Source: Patescibacteria group bacterium (GTDB taxonomy: Bacteria > Patescibacteriota > Minisyncoccia > Phycocordibacterales > PALSA-1337). Taken from it: DNA of 37,857 bases. A program made the translations under genes and the position numbers. Position 1 is the stretch's first letter. The number at the start of each line of letters is the position of its first letter. Shown in pieces: positions 1 through 9,020 of this stretch. The stretch spans positions 1 through 37,857 of the forward strand of contig JBBUAH010000008.1 in assembly GCA_038058815.1 (NCBI GenBank), in the 5' to 3' direction. Below the pieces are notes generated by a model, which was not told the origin of the DNA, did not search any database, and worked only from the letters and a program-made list of their open reading frames with translations.

Positions 1-948
<948 letters not shown>

Positions 949-1294
949 TTAGGAAATCTAAAAACCACAATTATTTGTCTACAACTTACAACATACTATT
1001 CAATGTATATATTCGAAAAAACCCTTATCATACATACATATCCTAGTATTACCTTTATTTCCCCAAAAACCTCCTGATTGTTGAGATTTTTGAGGTATTC
1101 AATTGTCAATGAATCAGTCATTCGGAAAATTTTACTAAAAAAAACCGTTTTTTAACGGCTCTATCCAACACTCTTTTGAAGCGTGATTATTGCCGTTTTA
1201 AAGTGATTTTTATTAACATATTCTGTGTAATGAATATACTATATGAAGGCAGATTGGAAGTCAATAGGTTGTATGAATTTTTAGACTTTTATTA

Positions 1295-1618
1295 ATGAGT
1301 CATGTTATAATTATATTATTATTAATAATAAATCATAATTATATGAGTTCACAAGCAAAAGGATTATTAGGTGTGGTATTATCAATTATTGGCCTTTTCT
1401 CTTCAGCTCTTGTTTTAAATCTAAATTTATTATCGAATGCTTACCGTGATTTATTAACTGTAAAAGTAATTATTCCTCTTTTAATTTCAATTATTGGACT
1501 CTACCTAGGAATAATTGCAAGAAAAAATGGTGCTAAAATTTGGGGATTAATTGCAATAGTATTAGGTTTAATAGGAACACTCGGCCATATACTTCGACTT
1601 TTTGGATTTGGTAATTAA
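1295..1618 (+). CDS. small hypothetical membrane protein (about 3 hydrophobic helices)
   Basis: 107-aa ORF dominated by hydrophobic segments (LLGVVLSIIGLFSSALVL, IIPLLISIIGLYLGIIA, IWGLIAIVLGLIGTLG). No family recognised. The true start may be the internal ATG at 1343 (MSSQAKG). Confidence 0.5.
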   Translation: MSHVIIILLLIINHNYMSSQAKGLLGVVLSIIGLFSSALVLNLNLLSNAYRDLLTVKVIIPLLISIIGLYLGIIARKNGAKIWGLIAIVLGLIGTLGHILRLFGFGN

Positions 1619-2145
1619 AATTTATAGTCCTCAGATACTGGAACTCCTGTATATTTTAATGTGGACAAATCTCCATACTCTAATATCTTTTTAGACAATA
1701 ATTCAATTTCAGCAATTAGTTTTTTATCTTCTTTTTTATTGCAAACATTGCTTTTTATCATCCTAATATCAATTAAATCTGTCTTTCCATTTATTGAATC
1801 GATAAAGATACTGGTAATCAAGCCTGCACCTAATCCCTTATCCATTTGTGCAACAAGATGTTTTACATCAGGCCATGATGAATATAAGGATTTATTTCCT
1901 TTTTTATAAGTAAAATGATCACTATAAATTTCTATAGTTGCAACAGGATAAAAATACAATACGAAACCAGTAATGGTTAAGGAAATAATCACCCCCATCA
2001 AAAAAGTGGGAGTTAAAAGAGAATCTGATGTATTTATGTATTCATGATAGATTATAACCCCCAAAAAAATAACTAAGAATACAAATATCCATAGAAAAAC
2101 CTTAGTTTTACTTTCATAATATATTTTAGGGTATTTATCGTCCAT
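1615..2145 (-). CDS. hypothetical membrane protein (2 N-terminal TM helices plus a soluble C-terminal domain)
   Basis: 176-aa ORF with two clear TM segments (VFLWIFVFLVIFLGVIIY, FLMGVIISLTITGFVLYF). No recognisable catalytic motif. Its end overlaps the convergent 1295-1618 ORF by 4 nt. Confidence 0.6.
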   Translation of the reverse strand: MDDKYPKIYYESKTKVFLWIFVFLVIFLGVIIYHEYINTSDSLLTPTFLMGVIISLTITGFVLYFYPVATIEIYSDHFTYKKGNKSLYSSWPDVKHLVAQMDKGLGAGLITSIFIDSINGKTDLIDIRMIKSNVCNKKEDKKLIAEIELLSKKILEYGDLSTLKYTGVPVSEDYKF

Positions 2146-2175
2146 GTTATATTTATAGAAATGAAGTTACAATCA

Positions 2176-2415
2176 TCACTTCCCAGCCCATTTTCTCCAC
2201 TCTTTCTTTTCTATCTTTGACTGTCGTATCATGGTTTCAAGTGTTCTTGGAAAAAAGCTCTTCTGTCCATGAACATTGATTTCTACAACCGCATCAGTTA
2301 TGCGATTCCGCCAAGCTTCATGAGAACCCTTACGCTGTTCAAGAAATTCAAAATTATTTTCTTTAAGAAAAGAAACTACATCTTTATAAGACCAGTTGAA
2401 CAATCCATTTGGCAT
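2176..2415 (-). CDS. hicA: HicA-family type II toxin (mRNA interferase-like)
   Basis: 79 aa. DVVSFLKENNFEFLEQRKGSHEAWRN matches the HicA/YcfA signature (L..GF......GSH). It starts 2 nt after the stop of the upstream partner gene. Confidence 0.75.
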   Translation of the reverse strand: MPNGLFNWSYKDVVSFLKENNFEFLEQRKGSHEAWRNRITDAVVEINVHGQKSFFPRTLETMIRQSKIEKKEWRKWAGK

Positions 2416-2417
2416 AG

Positions 2418-2762
2418 TTAGGCGAACTGGGCAGTTAAAGAACTCTGATAAGGAGAAACAATTAAACTATTGGTGTGGGCTAGTGAGGGATTCTCTAATT
2501 TCTTAGCAGTTTCAAAGTATTTACTCCAGTATTCTTCAGGGGCATATCTATTAAGTAATTCATCTGATAAATTATTTTTTATCACTACTTCAAGATGAAG
2601 CTCAGCAGCTTCTCTTATGCTTTTCATAAGTTCACTAGGATTATTCCCTTCCTCAACGATATCAAATGTAAGACAAACGCCTATATAACTTTTGCCTTCT
2701 TTATACACAAGGAGTTCGATAACTCCCTTTTCTTTTGTATTTTTTGGTCTTCTAATATTCAT
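2418..2762 (-). CDS. hicB: HicB-like antitoxin (UPF0150-type fold)
   Basis: 114 aa. The pattern IELLVYKEGKSYIGVCLTFDIVEEGNNPSELMKSIREAAELHLE matches the HicB N-terminal domain pattern. It is tightly coupled to hicA. Confidence 0.65.
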   Translation of the reverse strand: MNIRRPKNTKEKGVIELLVYKEGKSYIGVCLTFDIVEEGNNPSELMKSIREAAELHLEVVIKNNLSDELLNRYAPEEYWSKYFETAKKLENPSLAHTNSLIVSPYQSSLTAQFA

Positions 2763-2772
2763 AGTTAGTTAC

Positions 2773-2799
2773 ATTATATCATAATAAATGGAATAGCAA
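2773..2799 (-). promoter_or_regulatory. candidate extended -10 promoter for hicB-hicA
   Basis: The minus strand reads TTGCTA (rc of 2794-2799), a 15-nt spacer ending in TGa, then TATAAT (rc of 2773-2778). The -10 lies only ~10 nt upstream of the ATG at 2762, implying a very short leader. Confidence 0.45.
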
Positions 2800-2805
2800 A
2801 TACAT

Positions 2806-2831
2806 AAAAGAAAGAGCACTTTCTCAAGTGC
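2806..2831 (-). terminator. intrinsic terminator after the 2858-3568 gene
   Basis: The minus strand reads GCACTTGAGAAAGTGC (6-bp stem, 4-nt loop) followed by TCTTTCTTTT. Confidence 0.6.
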
Positions 2832-2857
2832 AATTTCTTTTAAATTTTAAGAATGTA

Positions 2858-3568
2858 TTAATCCTTATCTGAAACCGTATGAACTGTCTTCTCAAGTATT
2901 CTCCCTGCAACCTCCTTGCCACCAAGGCCGAATGCAAGTCCACAAGCTAGAGCCGCTGCAACTACTATACCTGTAAACAATCTATCTATAATTACTGGAG
3001 CTATACCTAGCTGGAATAGTGCTGTGATAATAGCGAATACCCAAATAGACCATTTAGCAATACTTCCTAGAAGAACAGCAGACTTTATATGAGCTGCTCT
3101 TGCAGATGCTGTAACAACCTTATGCACCGCTTCAGCGATGACAACAGAAACCATAAGCATAAGTACAGCAATGATAACTTGAGGAAGATACGAAAGCACT
3201 ACATCACTTAGGAATGCATTTACTTGCTTCAAACCAAGAATATCAAAAGATGCAACTAGGAAAACCACAATCACAAACCACTTTACTAAAGTCCCTACGA
3301 AACGGCCAGAATTTAGTTTATGGCCCGATCTCTCTACTACATCCTCTAAACCTCCACTCTTAAGAGCTACATCTACCTTGAAAGTCTTGAAAAGACCTTC
3401 GATAAGTTTTTCTATAAGAGCTGCAAGTACCCAACCAATTGCAAAAATAACAATTGCAATAACTAAGTTTGGTACAAAGTTTGCTACACCATACCAAATC
3501 CCTTGTAGAGATTGGGTGAATACTACACCCCAGTTTTCAACAAAATTCATAATATTGTTTATTAGCAC
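2858..3568 (-). CDS. multi-pass membrane protein, 'conserved TM helix repeat' / MscS-N-terminal-like
   Basis: 236 aa with repeated units of a TM helix followed by an amphipathic segment (VPNLVIAIVIFAIGWVLAALIEKLIEGLF, LVKWFVIVVFLVASFDILGL, LPQVIIAVLMLMVSVVIAEAV, IAKWSIWVFAIITALFQLGI). Family assignment is by pattern only. Confidence 0.65.
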   Translation of the reverse strand: MLINNIMNFVENWGVVFTQSLQGIWYGVANFVPNLVIAIVIFAIGWVLAALIEKLIEGLFKTFKVDVALKSGGLEDVVERSGHKLNSGRFVGTLVKWFVIVVFLVASFDILGLKQVNAFLSDVVLSYLPQVIIAVLMLMVSVVIAEAVHKVVTASARAAHIKSAVLLGSIAKWSIWVFAIITALFQLGIAPVIIDRLFTGIVVAAALACGLAFGLGGKEVAGRILEKTVHTVSDKD

Positions 3569-3633
3569 TAATAATTAATAATGGTTTAATTATACCATGA
3601 TATTAAAAAGTGCTAGCCTATACTGTGGACAAA

Positions 3634-4266
3634 TTATATTTGTTTTTCTTCAATTTCGAGCTTATTTATCAATACTGTATGAGGAAAATCGAAAATATCT
3701 CTAATAAGACGATCATGAACACCATAGCGATATTCAAAATCACTTGTTTCAAATGCAGAATATGTGATTTCCTTCCCTACTTCTGATTCTATAGATTTGA
3801 TAACATGATCAAGCCTTGAAAGATTGAGATTGTCACCTGCAATAAGAAGGTCAACCCTTGTATCCCATTCTTGTATGAAGACACCAGATGCAATAAAAAG
3901 CTTAATCTTTCCTACACTCGCAAATTTCCTCAATAAAGCTTCATCAGCATGAAGACTGACGGTAATAAGAAGGTTTTGCAATGCCTGCAAATATGGAAAT
4001 TTCTGATCAAGAAAATAGCCCGTATCATTGACTTTCTTTATTTGTATTTTCTTTCCTCTTTTCGAATGGATTTCTCTGATAACTGGACGTTTTTTGGTAA
4101 TTCCAATTTTTATGAGTTCGGATAATTCCCTTTTGACTTCCCTTTTATTTGCCTTTGTCCTTTCTATAATTTCAGATAATGTATATGCTTTATCCTGATT
4201 AAAGAGAAATGATCGCATTAATTTGACCTTAGTTGCATTTCCAAAAAGTTTTGCCAAAATTTCCAT
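3634..4266 (-). CDS. winged-helix DNA-binding protein with a C-terminal nucleotidyltransferase-like domain
   Basis: 210 aa. The N-terminus (KVKLMRSFLFNQDKAYTLSEIIERTKANKREVKRELSELIKIGI) looks like an ArsR/MarR-type wHTH. The C-terminal half has an MNT-like stretch, RVDLLIAGD. It starts 10 nt after the rplL stop. Confidence 0.6.
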   Translation of the reverse strand: MEILAKLFGNATKVKLMRSFLFNQDKAYTLSEIIERTKANKREVKRELSELIKIGITKKRPVIREIHSKRGKKIQIKKVNDTGYFLDQKFPYLQALQNLLITVSLHADEALLRKFASVGKIKLFIASGVFIQEWDTRVDLLIAGDNLNLSRLDHVIKSIESEVGKEITYSAFETSDFEYRYGVHDRLIRDIFDFPHTVLINKLEIEEKQI

Positions 4267-4276
4267 ACTCTTTTAT

Positions 4277-4657
4277 TTACTTATATTCTACCTTGCCTCC
4301 TGCTTCTTCAATCTTCTTCTTCAATGCATCAGCATCTTCTTTCTTCATATTATCTTTTATAAGAACTGGTGCACTATCTACTAGATCCTTAGCTTCTTTT
4401 AGTCCAAGAGCTAATACTTCCTTTATAACCTTTATAACTGCAATTTTCTGCTCACCTACTGCAGAAAGATGTACATTTACTGTACTCTTCTCTTCTGTTA
4501 CTGCTGTATTTACCGTAGGAGCTGCTACAGCGACTACTGCTGATACACCGAATTTCTTTTCAAGTAACTTTACTAATTCATTGAGATCCAAAACTGACAT
4601 TTTTTCTATTGTTTCAACTATTGACTTAAATTTTGCTGGTATTTCTATATTTTCCAT
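4277..4657 (-). CDS. rplL: 50S ribosomal protein L7/L12
   Basis: 126 aa: an N-terminal dimerisation helix, an Ala/Val-rich hinge and a C-terminal domain KIAVIKVIKEVLALGLKEAKDLVDSAPVLIKDNMKKEDADALKKKIEEAGGKVEYK. Confidence 0.96.
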   Translation of the reverse strand: MENIEIPAKFKSIVETIEKMSVLDLNELVKLLEKKFGVSAVVAVAAPTVNTAVTEEKSTVNVHLSAVGEQKIAVIKVIKEVLALGLKEAKDLVDSAPVLIKDNMKKEDADALKKKIEEAGGKVEYK

Positions 4658-4698
4658 TTTAATGATTTTAATTTAATAATAATTGTCTGAAAAATTGA

Positions 4699-4776
4699 GA
4701 CTCGACGCGGTGAGGAGGTCTTTTATTTTTCGCTTGCGAACAAATAAAAGAGCCTCCGAACGCAAGCAAGCGAGTC
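4699..4776 (-). other. GC-rich structured element in the rplJ-rplL spacer
   Basis: Outer pairing is GACTCG (4699-4704) with CGAGTC (4771-4776). An inner ~16-bp stem pairs GGAGGTCTTTTATTTTT (4714-4730) with AAATAAAAGAGCCTCC (4743-4758). A competing CGCTTGC/GCAAGCG pairing also exists. Confidence 0.5.
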
Positions 4777-4785
4777 CAATTTTTC

Positions 4786-5274
4786 CTAGACTTTTTTCTT
4801 TGCAATCTGGTCGAGGGCCATGACGAAGCCTTGAATTGGCGAGTTTATAACATTTACAAACATCGCATGGAGGGTTTTCTCGGTAGGAATAAGGGCAATA
4901 CTCATCATTTCTTCCTTATTCATAAACTTTCCTTCGAATACACCACCAAGAATGGACACTATATTCTTCAATTTCTTCTGAAATTCATAGACTTCACGTG
5001 CAGGAGCCACTAGATCAGCTCCATAGGCTAATCCAAGCTCTCCTGGAAGTTCTGGTAATACACCCTCGACTTTATTCTTTTCAAAGGCCTTTCGAGTAAG
5101 TGATTTCTTCGCCACGAAGAATCCTATACCTTCAGACTTTAGCTTTCTGCGAATCTTTGTTGCATCTTCAACTTTCAAACCATGAAAGTTTACGAAAACT
5201 AAAGATTGCGCGTCTTTCACTATTTTCTCAACTTTTTCAATTATCTCCTTCTTTTCTACTTTTGTACGTGCCAT
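4786..5274 (-). CDS. rplJ: 50S ribosomal protein L10
   Basis: 162 aa with the typical L10 N-terminus (KKEIIEKVEKIVKDAQSLVFVNFHGLKVEDATKIRRKLKSEG), located immediately upstream of rplL. Confidence 0.95.
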   Translation of the reverse strand: MARTKVEKKEIIEKVEKIVKDAQSLVFVNFHGLKVEDATKIRRKLKSEGIGFFVAKKSLTRKAFEKNKVEGVLPELPGELGLAYGADLVAPAREVYEFQKKLKNIVSILGGVFEGKFMNKEEMMSIALIPTEKTLHAMFVNVINSPIQGFVMALDQIAKKKV

Positions 5275-5400
5275 TTTTTTACTTAGTTTTCAAATAAACT
5301 AATAATCGCGACCTTTATGGGGTTTTCAATAAGGATATGAGTTTGTCTCAGAAGGACTTATAATATGCCTTCTTTCTCTGACCTTATTGACAATACACTA

Positions 5401-8211
5401 TCAGAAATTATTTTTATAGTCAATCTCAATACGATTCAATAGATTTTCAAATACCTTAAGAATGGCTGTTTTTTCTGATTCATTTAGCTTTTTATTCTTG
5501 AATTTTTTACTAGATAATTTTTTTATAATCTTTTCTGCTTTCTTGAAATTCTTTTTATCAATCATTTTCATAATTCTATCTATGCGTTTCATCAGTGTTT
5601 TCTTTATATTTTCAGGAAGTTTCAATACTATTATTACCTTTTTCATTGATTCTATATATGTGGACAAATCAGCAATTCTATATGTACTTGTAGAATTTAG
5701 AAATTCTTTCGAATGATTAACAAAATCAGTAGTACCATCACCATCAACATCCATATTTATTACGGAAGATGTTGCAAATGAATCTGTGGAAGTCGATATT
5801 ATGAATTCCGCATTTAGAAGGGGTGTAACTGGCATTATACTAAATGTCGTCGATGCAATTGTCTTATCAAATTGAGTTATTTCGGCATCTGCATAAAAAA
5901 CACCGGCATCTGTACCTTTTAGAACTATTTCATAATCATCATAAGGAAGCACTATTTGCTTTTCTCCTTCATAATCGTCATATATACTGAATGGGATTTT
6001 GGTTTCATATTTATTGAGATCTTTGCCGATCACTGGATTTTCTATAATTCCTGTATGATTCCCTTCCTTATCATATATATGAATATCAACAGGAGAATGA
6101 ATCCTTATATACAAAAGCATATCCGTATCTATTGGTTTTGTTGTCGTAAAGTATTTTTTATAATCAGTATCTGATGGTATGGTATTTGTAATATCTTCTT
6201 TGACTTGGCTTAGAAGCGCAGTCGCTTCAAGAATATTAGAATGATCGATATCTTTTCTTTTATCTTCATTAAATTGTTTTAGATTTAAGAAAAGTGAAGT
6301 ATTCGCATCATTTGCATTACTTTGTGTAAGTACAGTTCCATCACCATCTCTCGTTGTCTGTTGTACTATTGATACTTGGCAAGTTCCAATAATTTTCTGA
6401 TCACAGTATTCATTTCTCATATAATTTACACCCTTTGTTGTAAGCAAACCCCATCCAAATATTGATATAAGTTTTGTAGTACTTGCGGGTTTCCATGAAT
6501 CGATTTTAGAATGAATGGATTCGGCAGATGAAAGTAAAGAAGAATTCAATAATAATGGTATTCGAGTATTTGTAGAAGAGGCCATTGAAAATGAATTATT
6601 TGTTAAAAACCCTTTCATTTCATCATAATTTGATACTAATGATATAGAATTATTTTTAAACAGATTCAATATTAATGTAAAGGGGTTTTTATTAAAATAT
6701 TCCCTAGAAGGTAGGAGTCCATAAGCTCCGAGCATATTCTGAGAAAATGTCCTGGCAGTATTTTCTGATAATAGAAGTCCTCCAGCAAGTGATTGATTAT
6801 GTCCATGAAGCATACTAAGAAGAGCTTGTGGCGTGCCTAGTTCTGGAACTGCAATAAATATTATCTTTTCAACAAGTCCTGATTCTCCTGTATTTTCTAA
6901 AGCTCTCATCAATACTTTAGTCACAAGCCCACCATTGCTATGACTAATAATAATCACCTTTCCCGTCTTAGATTTAGAAGCAAGTTTCTTTATTTCATCA
7001 ATCAAAGAAATGCCTGTATTAACATATCTAGTCTGGCCATAGACCACATCATTTACACTCATTCTCCAATCATAAGGGAAAGGTAACCATTGATTTATAG
7101 TCCCATCCGCAACCACGCCATTCATCATAGCGATAAAGCTTTTGTATATATCCTTGAAACCGAAAGCCGAACTGATAATGTCGGATGTGTATATAGATTT
7201 ATCTAAACTTTTGCCAGTTGAATCAAGAAATAACTTTTCAATATCATAGGATATATTTGGTTCCCAAAGTGTATTTGTACTGGTTCCGAATAATCCACTA
7301 CTATCCTTATATAATCGACTTGCTTCTATGCCGGGTATAAAAAGTACATTTGAGCAACATGCAGACCCTTCATTTGGGTCTTTATCCTTCCATGGAGTTA
7401 CATTTGCTAGTCCATAGATTCTATCTCCTGCATTATTCATATCTGTGCTTGGCCCATTTTTACTTCCCCACCAAATATCTGTAGCGTCTATTGGATTTAT
7501 TACTTGATTAAACAAACCATATTCTGAATTCCCTTTAATGACTGAATTGTGAATCGAAATTATATTTTGATCTGGATCAATTATCATATTAGCCATGCCC
7601 TCTAATGCATTACCAATACCACCAATTCCTCCTATATCCTCACCATTATTTTCATACATTAAGAAAGGCCCCCTGGAAAAAGGAAGAGAAGCTATGCCAT
7701 ATTTATTATCAATGATTTGGCTATTTTTTATTGAAATTACACTTCCTATGGCATAAATAGCATATTGCGTTCCTTTTATTATCGTCGATTCTATGGTACT
7801 TGTGCTTTTCAATAAATCCAATCCTGTATTTTCGAATATAGCATTCTGAATATTGACATTACTATGCGAGAAATAGAGCGAATAGAGATCTATGAATTTC
7901 ACAGGATTTTCTTTTGTACCATAAATGTCTAAATCTCCATTAAATGAAAGAGAATTAGGATCTGTGGAGGAGGCGGACATTATCACAACCCCCGGCTTTA
8001 TTAGTAAAGAGTAACCTTGTGGTATATAGACACTTTCATTGAGTATATAAGGACTTCCTGTGGAATCCCAAGTTCCACCATATCTTAAATCATCGTTAAA
8101 TACATACGTTTCCGCATGAAGATTAATTGGTGATAATAAAACTAAGTAAACAACTGCCAAAAACGCGAACAATAAAAACTTTGAAAACTTTTTTGTATAG
8201 AATATGTACAT
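5401..8211 (-). CDS. secreted protein: N-terminal right-handed beta-helix region fused to an alpha/beta-hydrolase (lipase/LCAT-like) domain
   Basis: 936 aa with a signal peptide (FSKFLLFAFLAVVYLVLLSPINLHA). Repeats of the form NIQNAIFENTG / IKNSQIIDNKYGI / IHNSVIKGNSEYG are typical of parallel beta-helix proteins. The nucleophile elbow is VIIISHSNGG (rc of 6928-6945). DGDGTV and DIDHSNIL are plausible Asp and His triad motifs. The C-terminal tail is Lys-rich. Confidence 0.8.
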   Translation of the reverse strand: MYIFYTKKFSKFLLFAFLAVVYLVLLSPINLHAETYVFNDDLRYGGTWDSTGSPYILNESVYIPQGYSLLIKPGVVIMSASSTDPNSLSFNGDLDIYGTKENPVKFIDLYSLYFSHSNVNIQNAIFENTGLDLLKSTSTIESTIIKGTQYAIYAIGSVISIKNSQIIDNKYGIASLPFSRGPFLMYENNGEDIGGIGGIGNALEGMANMIIDPDQNIISIHNSVIKGNSEYGLFNQVINPIDATDIWWGSKNGPSTDMNNAGDRIYGLANVTPWKDKDPNEGSACCSNVLFIPGIEASRLYKDSSGLFGTSTNTLWEPNISYDIEKLFLDSTGKSLDKSIYTSDIISSAFGFKDIYKSFIAMMNGVVADGTINQWLPFPYDWRMSVNDVVYGQTRYVNTGISLIDEIKKLASKSKTGKVIIISHSNGGLVTKVLMRALENTGESGLVEKIIFIAVPELGTPQALLSMLHGHNQSLAGGLLLSENTARTFSQNMLGAYGLLPSREYFNKNPFTLILNLFKNNSISLVSNYDEMKGFLTNNSFSMASSTNTRIPLLLNSSLLSSAESIHSKIDSWKPASTTKLISIFGWGLLTTKGVNYMRNEYCDQKIIGTCQVSIVQQTTRDGDGTVLTQSNANDANTSLFLNLKQFNEDKRKDIDHSNILEATALLSQVKEDITNTIPSDTDYKKYFTTTKPIDTDMLLYIRIHSPVDIHIYDKEGNHTGIIENPVIGKDLNKYETKIPFSIYDDYEGEKQIVLPYDDYEIVLKGTDAGVFYADAEITQFDKTIASTTFSIMPVTPLLNAEFIISTSTDSFATSSVINMDVDGDGTTDFVNHSKEFLNSTSTYRIADLSTYIESMKKVIIVLKLPENIKKTLMKRIDRIMKMIDKKNFKKAEKIIKKLSSKKFKNKKLNESEKTAILKVFENLLNRIEIDYKNNF

Positions 8212-8313
8212 ATATTTTGTTTAATTAATTAATAATGTAGATATCATACAAAAGCGAAATGAAGACAAAATAAAATTTTTGACACTTTTTCACCATTCCA
8301 CAATATTTCTAGT

Positions 8314-8342
8314 AAAAAGAAAAACCGTCTTTCATAAGACGG
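8314..8342 (-). terminator. intrinsic terminator downstream of the giant gene
   Basis: The minus strand reads CCGTCTTATGAAAGACGG (7-bp stem, 4-nt loop) followed by TTTTTCTTTTT. Confidence 0.7.
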
Positions 8343-8393
8343 CTTTCTTTCTAGGTTTTTTAATTAATTTTTTAGGATTTTTTATTAAAGCAA

Positions 8394-8546
8394 TTATTTT
8401 AATAATTTTTGTAATGCTGATAACTCTTCATTACTTAGATTTGAACTATATTTACTCACAAGGAACAGAATACTGAAGCTGACACTTAGAATGAGAGCAA
8501 AGCCTATAACGAATTTGAAGAAAGATTGATCAAAGGGATTTATCAT
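8394..8546 (-). CDS. candidate 50-codon membrane micro-ORF (below the ORF-track length cutoff)
   Basis: Hand translation gives MINPFDQSFFKFVIGFALILSVSFSILFLVSKYSSNLSNEELSALQKLLK*. The ATG is 3 nt after the giant gene's TAA. There is one hydrophobic helix. It lies upstream of the 8314-8342 terminator, so it would be co-transcribed. Confidence 0.25.
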   Translation of the reverse strand: MINPFDQSFFKFVIGFALILSVSFSILFLVSKYSSNLSNEELSALQKLLK

Positions 8547-8547
8547 T

Positions 8548-9020
8548 TTTTATTTAACGAATTCATTCAACTTCGCCCTAGTCTTCGGTCCTACTAGACC
8601 ATATCCCCCATCACCTTCCTTTGCTATACCATATTTTACTTGGAATTTCTGAATGGCTCTTTCTGTAAGAGAACCAAAGTAATTGGTTTCATTTCCAAGG
8701 GAACCAACTCCCGTCTCTGAGATTCGTGTTTCTGAATCTTTATTTAAGATTTTCTGAAGTGAAATAACATCGTCACCAGAAACACCTTTTGATAATAGTT
8801 TTGTAAATATTACAGAGGTTGTAGGAGTAATAACTGGAGTAGTTGGAGTAGGAATTTTTGGTTGTGCCGTTCCAGTAATCTTAGAAACTTCTTGAAGTTT
8901 TGCTCTTGTTTGTGGGCCTACCCTACCTACTTGCGATATTCCGTATTTTGCTTGGAATCTTTTTACAGCTCTTTCTGTAGCAGGACCAAAATACCCCGTC
9001 ACTAAACCTTCTGGATATAT
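8548..9020. repeat. 473-bp perfect direct repeat, copy A (3' end of the giant gene)
   Basis: Base-by-base comparison with 15790-16262 shows identity across the whole span (offset 7242 bp). Identity stops abruptly at 9021 versus 16263 and at 8547 versus 15789. Confidence 0.95.

Noticed and set aside
4233-4676. 147-aa plus-strand ORF
   Set aside because: It is antisense to rplL and the start of the wHTH gene, with a low-complexity Ser/Phe/Thr-rich translation. The rplL call on the opposite strand is unambiguous.
5275-5400. Ribosomal protein L10 leader upstream of rplJ
   Set aside because: I found only an imperfect AGAAGG/CCTTCT hairpin. I cannot match the known L10-leader structure by eye, so it is left uncalled.
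8413-8425. Fourth copy of the surface-gene motif (GAGTTATCAGCAT, two mismatches to AGTTATCCACA)
   Set aside because: It is a mismatched core that lies upstream of a terminator and inside the candidate micro-ORF. It is not in the promoter-proximal position seen for the other three copies.
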